Assembly: GCA_041687695.1 (NCBI GenBank)
Contig: JAWLBL010000047.1
Location: 1-30,449 of the forward strand
Source of the DNA: Myxococcota bacterium
GTDB taxonomy: Bacteria; Myxococcota_A; UBA9042; PHBI01; JAWLBL01
DNA length: 30,449 bases
Direction: 5' to 3'
In this document: positions 17,054-24,342 of the stretch, one piece after another
Numbering within the stretch: position 1 is the first letter of the stretch
How the letters are laid out: every line of letters begins with the position of its first letter
Made by a program: the position numbers and the translations under genes
Notes under the pieces: generated by a model
What the model was told of the DNA's origin: nothing
The model's input: the letters and a program-made list of their open reading frames with translations, nothing else
Database searches by the model: none

Positions 17054-18361
17054 CTAGACGTGCGCCGCGGCGGCCGCAACTCGCAGCCGGAGCCGCGTGA
17101 CCCCACGCTCGCGCAGCCGCGCCGCCAGCGCCGGCGGCAGCAGGTAGCTGGGGTCGGCGGGCTCGGGCGAGTCCGGCTCGGCCGGGCGCCAGATGCGGCA
17201 GGCGAGCGGGTCGACCGTCACCGGCGTCTCGGGCGCCGCCAGCGTCACCCGGTAGGTGCCGCCCACGCGCCGCGGGCGCAGGGCCATCGAGCGTACGGCG
17301 TCGGCGAACATCGCGTGGTCCATCGCTGCCCGGGCCCCGGCCGGGACCTCGGCCCAGGGCCAGGCCTCCAGCGCCTCGAGCCCCAGCCCCGACACGTCGA
17401 CTCCGCCGCCCGCCAGGAAGAACAGCTTCAGCCACGGGTCCGGCCGCGTGTTGCCCGACAGGAAGTGCGGCTCGCGGTGACGCAGGTACAGCGCGCGCCC
17501 CAGCCGCTCCATCGCCTCGCGCAGCCCGGGCGGCAGCACCTCGTCCCAGCGGTCGGCCCCCGCGTGCGCCCGCACCAGCGCCCGCACCCCGACCACCCGC
17601 GCCAGCGCCTGCCCCACCTGCGCGAACCAGGGCGCCCCGAACAGCGCCCCGTCGTCCCCGGCCTCCGGCCAGCACAGCGCCGGCCACGCGTGCACCCCGA
17701 CCCACCCCGCCACGCACTCGTCCGCGTACGGCGGCAGCAGCGCGTCGCGCCCCCGGTCGAAGTGGCTCAGCTCGTGCACCAGCGCCGCCGCCACCCGCCG
17801 GTCGAACACCGCCCACGGGTCCGCCCCCGCCGCCAGCTCGCCCGCGATGGCCTCCAGATCCCCCGGCCACGTGTACAGCATCGGCATCAGCCCGCCGAAG
17901 TAGGTCCGCTCGAAGAGCTCCCCCAGCGTCACCCGCCGCGCCAGCAGCCCCTCCAGCGTCCCCGCCCCCAGCGCCTCGGGCGCCCTCACCCCGCACTGGG
18001 CGTACAGCGCGTACAGCCGCCCCAGCGCCGCCCGCAGCCGCGGCGTCCGCGCCCAGTCGATCGGCGTGTGGAACAGCCACTCGGCCGTCGGCTCGCTCGT
18101 CGCCAGCTGCTCGACCCGCAGCCGCGGCACCCACTCGCCGTAGGTCCCCTCCAGCACCTCCGCCCGCGCCAGCCCCTCCGGCCCGCCCTCGCCGCGCTCG
18201 CGCTCGAGCGCCCACGCCAGCAGCCCGGCGTACGGCCCCGGCAGCGCCAGCCGCGGCGCCGTCGCCCCCGCCCGCAGCCGCCCCGCCGCCCGCAGCCCGT
18301 CCAGCACGTCGTCGGCCACGCGCCGCAGCCGCGCCTCGACCGCCGTCAGATCCCCAGGCAA
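17054..18361 (-). CDS. Hypothetical HExxH protein (paralog 1); start TTG 18361 or GTG 18319
   Basis: LVHELSH (17776-17762) with a downstream Glu (ADECVA). The coding-like region starts at the end of the upstream gene; the 948-aa track ORF is over-extended. Confidence 0.75.
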   Translation of the reverse strand: MPGDLTAVEARLRRVADDVLDGLRAAGRLRAGATAPRLALPGPYAGLLAWALERERGEGGPEGLARAEVLEGTYGEWVPRLRVEQLATSEPTAEWLFHTPIDWARTPRLRAALGRLYALYAQCGVRAPEALGAGTLEGLLARRVTLGELFERTYFGGLMPMLYTWPGDLEAIAGELAAGADPWAVFDRRVAAALVHELSHFDRGRDALLPPYADECVAGWVGVHAWPALCWPEAGDDGALFGAPWFAQVGQALARVVGVRALVRAHAGADRWDEVLPPGLREAMERLGRALYLRHREPHFLSGNTRPDPWLKLFFLAGGGVDVSGLGLEALEAWPWAEVPAGARAAMDHAMFADAVRSMALRPRRVGGTYRVTLAAPETPVTVDPLACRIWRPAEPDSPEPADPSYLLPPALAARLRERGVTRLRLRVAAAAAHV

Positions 18362-20280
18362 ATCAGCAGCTCTTCGCGCAGCGCCGCCTGCAGCTCGTCC
18401 TCGGTGGTCGGCCCCTCGGCCAGCACCTCGGCCACCGTCGGCCACCCCGCCGTCCGCGCCAGCAGCCGCTGCCGGTGCTCGGTCAACGGCAGCACCCGCG
18501 GCCCGTGCCGCCCCGGCCCCACCAGCGCGTGCATGGCGCTGGTCGCCACCGCCGGCTTGCGCTCGCGCAGCGTCGCCCCGTCCGACGCGAACAGCGCCTC
18601 GAGCCAGTCGATGCGGAACGGGAACCCCAGCCCGCTCAGGTACGGGTTGGGCCGCAGCTGGTACTCGTGCCAGCGCGCGCGCTCGGGCAGCGTGCGCGTC
18701 GACAGGCGGTAGTACCAGGCCAGCGGCAGCAGCTCGCGCGCCCGGTCCGGCCCCCAGCCCTGCGCCGCCACGAAGAACCACGCCGCCGCCGTCTGCTGCT
18801 CGACCGTGATCTCGCCGGCCGCGCCCGCCGCCTCGACCGCTTCGTTGTAGTCGGCCGCCAGGTTGGCCTGCCGCGGCCCCCGCAACACCCGCTCGGCCAC
18901 CGGGTCCAGCGCGTCGATCACCAGCCGCAGCGGCGACCCGGCCGCCCGCACCCGCCGCCGATAGGCCCCCACCCGCGCCGCCAGCATGGCCGCGGGCTCT
19001 CGCGCCGGGTCCAGCGTCGGCCGATACCCCACGGCCAGCACCTCGGCCGCCCCCGGGGCGCCCTCGGTCGCCTCCAGCTCGGCCACCGCCACCGCCAGCG
19101 CCTGCTCCAGCACCGCCTCGGGCTCGTCGGCGCCGTCGCGCAGCCGGTCGATGGCCTCGCCCACCGCCCGCAGCCCGGCCTCGAACCCGGTCGTCGCCTG
19201 CTCGCGCAGCGCCGCCGCGTGGCACAGCCGCCACCCGATGTCCTGCAGCACCCGCACCGCCCGCCGCCCGGCGACCGCCTCGTCGGGCTCGGGCTCGGCC
19301 GTCGGCGTCAGCAGGGCGTCCAGCACCCGCGCGCAGCGCGCCGAGAAGGCCACCGGCCCGGTCGCGTAGTCCTCGCCCGGCGCCATGCAGTGCTCGAGCC
19401 AGCGCTGGAAGCTGGGCGAGGTCAGGCGGCGGTGATGATACAGCGCGTAGTCGCAGGACTCGCCGATGGTCAGGTAGTCGGACGAAGGGATCTCGAGGGT
19501 GTTGGTCTCGAGCCCGTGGCGGTAGCAGTGCAGCTCGTAGCGCAGCACCTCGACGGCGTTCTGGGCCACCTCGAGCAGCCGCGGGTCGGCCAGCCGCTCG
19601 GCGCGCGCCTCGGCGCTGTGGGTGCGGCGCGCCAGGCGCTGGCACTCGGGGCAGTTGGGCACGCCGTCGGTGGTCGCGATGGTGTGCTGCGGGCAGTACT
19701 CGCGCCCCAGCTCGCCCAGCCAGTACCAGTGCAGCGCGGCCACCGCCTCGCCCAGGCGCGCCATGTGCATGACGGCCCACTCGCGCAGCCCGGGCCACCA
19801 GGCGAAGCCGATCATCGCGTGGACCAGGCCGTGGCTCCACCAGCGCGGGGCGGCGGTGACCTCGAAGTCGGCGACCGGGGCGTCCTGGCTGAAGGGCCAC
19901 ATCTTCGGGGCGGCCAGGCGGTCGACGTCCAGGCGGATCGCGAAGTGATCCGGGCGCAGATCGTGGTGGATCCAGCCCGGCGCGGGGGGCAGGAAGGCGC
20001 GCTCCAGGCGGTCGAAGGCGAAGAAGCCGCGCTCGCGGGCCCGCAGGGCGGCCTGGTACTCGAAGGGGGTCTCGACCAGGCCGGGGACGCGCAGGCCGTG
20101 GTGGCGCATCAGCGCGTCCTCGCGCTCGGGGGTGCGGCCGGCGTCGATGGCGCGCGCCGCGTCGATCAGATCCTGGGCGCTCAGCGCGTCGGCCAGCGCG
20201 AAGAGCGAGCGCGGCTCGGCGGGGCGGGCGGCGGTGGGCCCGGAGGCGGTGGGATCGAACGGCGGTGCGGTGATGGTCAT
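18346..20280 (-). CDS. Hypothetical 644-aa protein with an HxxxH...E site and a CxxH...CxxC cluster
   Basis: WSHGLVH...LGEAVA and YCPQH...CPEC; strong GC3 bias; first gene of the operon. Confidence 0.8.
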   Translation of the reverse strand: MTITAPPFDPTASGPTAARPAEPRSLFALADALSAQDLIDAARAIDAGRTPEREDALMRHHGLRVPGLVETPFEYQAALRARERGFFAFDRLERAFLPPAPGWIHHDLRPDHFAIRLDVDRLAAPKMWPFSQDAPVADFEVTAAPRWWSHGLVHAMIGFAWWPGLREWAVMHMARLGEAVAALHWYWLGELGREYCPQHTIATTDGVPNCPECQRLARRTHSAEARAERLADPRLLEVAQNAVEVLRYELHCYRHGLETNTLEIPSSDYLTIGESCDYALYHHRRLTSPSFQRWLEHCMAPGEDYATGPVAFSARCARVLDALLTPTAEPEPDEAVAGRRAVRVLQDIGWRLCHAAALREQATTGFEAGLRAVGEAIDRLRDGADEPEAVLEQALAVAVAELEATEGAPGAAEVLAVGYRPTLDPAREPAAMLAARVGAYRRRVRAAGSPLRLVIDALDPVAERVLRGPRQANLAADYNEAVEAAGAAGEITVEQQTAAAWFFVAAQGWGPDRARELLPLAWYYRLSTRTLPERARWHEYQLRPNPYLSGLGFPFRIDWLEALFASDGATLRERKPAVATSAMHALVGPGRHGPRVLPLTEHRQRLLARTAGWPTVAEVLAEGPTTEDELQAALREELLICLGI

Positions 20281-20408
20281 GGGCGCTGCCTGGATGAGGG
20301 TCGCCGCCGTTGATCGTCGGCGCGCGGCGATGCTACGTTGCTTGCCGCGCCGCGTACAGCCGCACGCCGGGCCCGCGCCGGCCCCGCCGAGAGCCCTTGG
20401 AGGATCCC

Positions 20409-21266
20409 ATGCCTGGCTTCGTCGTCCCCATGCCCCCGCTCGCCGACGTCGTCTTTCTGTCGAAGATGAAGAAGCTGCCGGTCGACTGGAAGCAGCCGCA
20501 GGGTGAGGAGGGCAAGCAGTACCCGGACGCCTTCAAACCCGAGGAGCGGGCGGCCGTCCCCGAGCCGATGTGCTACTTCTTCTGCGCCTCGACCAACAAG
20601 TACCACGTCGAGAACGCCAAGAAGATCGGCAAGATGTTCAAGGACTTCGCCCACGAGGCCCTGAACAAGACCAAGGACGCCGTCGACATGTGGCGCCTCG
20701 AGGCCAAGTTCAAGGACCTCAAGGTGATGAGCGTCTCGGCCATCGGCGCGCCCGGCTGCCTCGACGGCCCCAAGCTCAAGGACAAGTACATCGGCTGGGA
20801 GCCGACCGAGAAGAACATGAAGGCCTACGCCAAGGCCGTCAAAGAGGGCGTCAGCAAGTGCTGGGAGGAGTGGCAGTCCAAGGTGACCGTCCCCGGCCTG
20901 CCCTGGTACCCGGCCTTCGCGGCCTTCCCGTCGGCCTCGGCGCCGCCCATGCCCAACATCCCGATGCCGCTCATCACCTGCCCGTCGCCGATGATGAGCA
21001 AGATGACGCCGATGGCGCTCAAGAGCGCGATGGTCGACGCGCTCGACGGCGGGGTGAAGGACAAGGACTCGGACAAGCAGTACGAGGCGCTGTTCGAGGC
21101 GATCGGCACGGCCATCGCGACGGCGTTTCTGGCCTGGCTGCCGATGCAGATGGTCATGAACGTCATGGGCAAGGGGCCGATCCCGTCGTTCGCGCCGCCC
21201 TACGTCCCGGTCGGGCCGGTGGTCGGCGGCGACAACATCGCGGCGCCCGGACACCTCGCGGCCTGA
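20409..21266 (+). CDS. Hypothetical Pro/Met/Lys-rich protein with three internal helix-Trp-strand repeats
   Basis: GGAGG Shine-Dalgarno before ATG 20409; very strong codon bias; C-terminal GKGPIPSFAPPYVPVGPVVGG. Confidence 0.85.
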   Translation: MPGFVVPMPPLADVVFLSKMKKLPVDWKQPQGEEGKQYPDAFKPEERAAVPEPMCYFFCASTNKYHVENAKKIGKMFKDFAHEALNKTKDAVDMWRLEAKFKDLKVMSVSAIGAPGCLDGPKLKDKYIGWEPTEKNMKAYAKAVKEGVSKCWEEWQSKVTVPGLPWYPAFAAFPSASAPPMPNIPMPLITCPSPMMSKMTPMALKSAMVDALDGGVKDKDSDKQYEALFEAIGTAIATAFLAWLPMQMVMNVMGKGPIPSFAPPYVPVGPVVGGDNIAAPGHLAA

Positions 21267-21363
21267 CGGCCCGACACCCGCCCCGTCGCCCGGGGCTGGC
21301 GCTCGGACGCGCAGTTGGGCATAAAGCCCCGCGTCCGTAGGCCCGATCGAGGGAGCGCCGTCC

Positions 21364-22389
21364 ATGTCCGAGATGTCCGAAGAGCAGATCGAAGCGACCT
21401 TGCGCCGCGCGCAGGGCCTGGTGACCGAGGGGACCAAGCTGCTGCAGTCGCGGCAGCCGAACGAGGCCAAGGCCCGCTTCGAGCAGGCCGCCGGGGCGGT
21501 CAGCGGGCTGCCGGCCGAGCACCCGGGCGTGCTGGTCATCCACGCCGCCGTGCACGACGCCCTGGGCGTCCTCGCGGGCAACGCGCGCGCCCTCGAGCCG
21601 GCGCTGCGCCACCACCAGGGCGCCATCGTGGCCCGCGAGAAGCTGCTCGAGGGCGGCAAGACCGACGTCCTGGTCCCGCTGGGCGTCAGCCACCTCAACC
21701 TCGCCAACCTGCTGGCCTCGGGCCAGAAGCTCGAGGAGGCCGAGCAGCACGCCCGCGCCGCCCTGGCGCGCCTGGACGCCGCCGGTCAGGTCGAGGTCGC
21801 CGGCTTCTTCAAGCTGGGCGCCTGCCAGCTGCTGGCGGTCATCCTGGCCGGCTCCAAGCGCCAGGAGGAGGCGCTGCAGGTCTTCGAGCACGGCATCGCC
21901 CAGGGCCAGCAGATGCTCCAGGGCGGCGGCAACCAGCAGGTCGCCGCGGCCATGGCCCAGCTGCTCATCAACGCCTCCATCCTGCACCACCAGCTGGGCC
22001 GCCACGACTTCGCCGTCGACCGCGGCACGGCCGCCGCCGGTCTGTCCAAGCAGCTGGCCGACGTGACCAAGGCCGTCCCGGCGCTCGAGCAGTACGTCGC
22101 CGCCCAGATGAACCTGGTCACCTTCAACGAGGCCGCCGGCCGCTTCGGCGCCGCCGAGGACGCGCTGTTCCGCGTGCTCGAGCTGCTGCCCAGCCAGCCG
22201 CAGGTCCTCGAGCGCGGCCGCGCCTTGTACACCAAGCTGCTGACCCTGACCGACGAGGCCCTCGAGGCCGGCAACCTGCCCCGCGACGAGGTCGAGGAGT
22301 CGCTCGCCGAGCTCGAGAGGATGGCCGCCGCCGCCCCGGCCCAGCCGGACGCGCAGGCGGGCACCAACGGCGACGAGCCCGCCGAGTAG
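21364..22389 (+). CDS. TPR-like alpha-helical repeat protein
   Basis: Paired amphipathic helices (SHLNLANLLASGQKLEEAEQHARAAL; EEALQVFEHGIA); GGGAG Shine-Dalgarno. Confidence 0.75.
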   Translation: MSEMSEEQIEATLRRAQGLVTEGTKLLQSRQPNEAKARFEQAAGAVSGLPAEHPGVLVIHAAVHDALGVLAGNARALEPALRHHQGAIVAREKLLEGGKTDVLVPLGVSHLNLANLLASGQKLEEAEQHARAALARLDAAGQVEVAGFFKLGACQLLAVILAGSKRQEEALQVFEHGIAQGQQMLQGGGNQQVAAAMAQLLINASILHHQLGRHDFAVDRGTAAAGLSKQLADVTKAVPALEQYVAAQMNLVTFNEAAGRFGAAEDALFRVLELLPSQPQVLERGRALYTKLLTLTDEALEAGNLPRDEVEESLAELERMAAAAPAQPDAQAGTNGDEPAE

Positions 22390-22390
22390 G

Positions 22391-23350
22391 TCAGCTGACG
22401 GGCGGGCAGGGCATGCCCATGTCCGCCCGGACCTTCAGGAAGTCCGGCGTCCAGCGCCCCGCTCGGTCGCGCACGACCAGCGGGGCCTCGATCTGCAGCG
22501 GCGCCCCGTCGGCCCCGGCCGCGACCTCGTCGGCGCGCGCCATGCGGTACACTGACAGCAGCGCCTGCCGCCCCTCGCGCGGCACCACGTCGCGCCGGCT
22601 CAGCACGGTCAGCCCCGCCTCACGGGCGGCCAGCTCGACCCGCCGCGTCTGCCCGGCCGACTCGCAGACCGCGAAGCGCCCGCCCGGCGCCAAGAGGCGC
22701 GCCGCCGCCTCGCAGTAGCCCTCGACGCCGCCGCGGGTCTCGAAGCGGCACGGGCCGCACTGCTCGCGCGCGCTGACCGTCCCGTGCCCCAGCGGGATGT
22801 AGGGCGGCGTCCCGGTCACCAGATCGAACACGGCCCCCTCGGGGGTCATGGCCGGGTCGCGCAGGTCCCCGCCGCGCACCTCGCAGCGGTCGGCGGCCCC
22901 GTTGTAGCGCAGCGAGCGCCGCGCCAGCCCGGCCGACAGGGGCTGCGCCTCGACCCCGACGACGCGCGCCTCCGGCCGCCCCCAGGCGACCATCATCAGC
23001 ACCGAACCGATGCCGCAGCCCAGGTCGGCCGCCCGCGCGACCGGCCGCCCGCGCACGCCGTCCAGCGCGTACCAGGCCGTCACCAGGTCGTCCAGCGAGT
23101 AGCGGTGTCCCTCGAGCCGCTGGAAGATGCGCCAGTCGCCGGTCAGGTGGCACAGGTCCTCGCCGGGGCCGGGCCACAGCTCGGGGTCGCTGTCGAAGTC
23201 CTCGGGGGGCCCGGCGGGGCGCGGCCCCGGGGCCACCCAGCCGGGCGGTCGTCGGGCGGGCCGCACGCGGGCGGCGACGTCCTCGGGGATGCGGGCGGAG
23301 GCGGGAGAGGGCCCTGCGTTCGACGTGTTCATCGTGGTCACCGTGTCCAT
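22391..23350 (-). CDS. SAM-dependent methyltransferase, TrmN6/YfiC-like
   Basis: IFQRLEGHRYSLDD; motif I ADLGCGIG; VGVEAQ; motif IV FDLVTGTPPY; RFE; LLAPGGRF. Start uncertain (23350 or 23332). Confidence 0.8.
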   Translation of the reverse strand: MDTVTTMNTSNAGPSPASARIPEDVAARVRPARRPPGWVAPGPRPAGPPEDFDSDPELWPGPGEDLCHLTGDWRIFQRLEGHRYSLDDLVTAWYALDGVRGRPVARAADLGCGIGSVLMMVAWGRPEARVVGVEAQPLSAGLARRSLRYNGAADRCEVRGGDLRDPAMTPEGAVFDLVTGTPPYIPLGHGTVSAREQCGPCRFETRGGVEGYCEAAARLLAPGGRFAVCESAGQTRRVELAAREAGLTVLSRRDVVPREGRQALLSVYRMARADEVAAGADGAPLQIEAPLVVRDRAGRWTPDFLKVRADMGMPCPPVS

Positions 23351-23659
23351 CGCGGGCCGAGGATAGCCGTCCGCCGCGCCAAGGCAAGCCCGAAGGGGGC
23401 CGCTCGAAAATCGAAAGCTGAAGGATTACGATGGGTTGTCCGGCGATGCCGGGGCCATACCATGTCCTTGGTTGGTGGGCGCAAACGACGCCTCAGCCCT
23501 CGAAGGTCTCGACCTCCGAGAGCCCATCGCCGCGCGCACGGACGATGGCGCGTCACAGCCTCGACGAGAGGATCTGCGACGAGAGCCTCGCCCGCGACGC
23601 GACGACGATGAGTGGGCGCCAGCGCCCACCAACCACTCGGTCTCTGGAGGGAGGGGGAC

Positions 23660-23875
23660 ATGGCGGACGACACCCGCGACCCGACGACCCGTGTGTATGG
23701 CTCCGAGCCGCGTGGCGGCGAGGGCCTGACCAGCCAGGGCGGGGGCATGGCCACCCACCCGCACGACCCAGGGGTCTACGAGCCCCGGCGAGGCGGCTCC
23801 CGGCACATGATGCCGGTCATCCTGCTCGCCATCGCGCTCCTGGTGCTGGTCTACCTGCTCTTTGCTCGCATCTGA
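23660..23875 (+). CDS. Small tail-anchored membrane protein (71 aa)
   Basis: GGAGGGAGGGGG Shine-Dalgarno; hydrophilic N-terminus; C-terminal transmembrane helix MMPVILLAIALLVLVYLLF. Confidence 0.7.
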   Translation: MADDTRDPTTRVYGSEPRGGEGLTSQGGGMATHPHDPGVYEPRRGGSRHMMPVILLAIALLVLVYLLFARI

Positions 23876-23884
23876 AGCGTCTCG

Positions 23885-24287
23885 CGCCGGTCGAGATCGG
23901 CGCTCCAGAAGACGACGCGACCGCAAGCGACCCACGATGGGCGCGGGAATCGTCGCGGGCCTGAAAGTCCGCATCCAGACGAGCTCTCGATGACCCAGCG
24001 TAGGCAACGCGCGCAGGGACGCGCCCTGGAGCGCCGTTCTCGGCCGACGCCCGGGCGCCCTTCGTGGACGACCGCTCGACCGGACCCAGCCAGGACCGAT
24101 CGGCCCCTGCCAGGACCGACCGGAGCCCAGCCGAGACCGGCAACGAGCGCCAACCCGAGGCGCCGGTCGAGATCGACGCTCCAGCCTCTGCCCGCGTGGC
24201 ACCGCTCGCATTGGACGGCGTGGACCCAGCAACCCACACCGACTCAGTCCGACGCGCTACCTCGCGTGACACGTTGGAGCGTCGATT
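23885..24287. repeat. Second REP cluster (TGGAG-CGYCG-N8-CGRCG) in alternating orientation
   Basis: Copies at 23885-23907 (-), 24027-24049 (+) and 24161-24183 (-), plus a partial copy at 24275 (+). Confidence 0.8.
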
Positions 24288-24295
24288 CGTTTCGA

Positions 24296-24323
24296 AGGCC
24301 CGTCAGCCGCCGCTGGCGGGCCT
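24296..24323 (-). terminator. GC-rich hairpin downstream of the esterase gene
   Basis: AGGCCCGTCAGC-CGCC-GCTGGCGGGCCT (12-bp stem, one imperfect pair), about 20 bp past the stop at 24343. No clear U-tract. Confidence 0.4.
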
Positions 24324-24342
24324 CCTCCGTTTCGAAGGCCCG

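Noticed and set aside
17054..19900. A single 948-aa protein
   Set aside because: The portion upstream of about 18361 overlaps the 644-aa gene out of frame and translates to low-complexity Gly/Arg/Ala sequence.
23660..23875. RiPP precursor for the radical SAM/HExxH operon
   Set aside because: It lies 3.4 kb away on the other strand and has a transmembrane C-terminus with no leader/core pattern.
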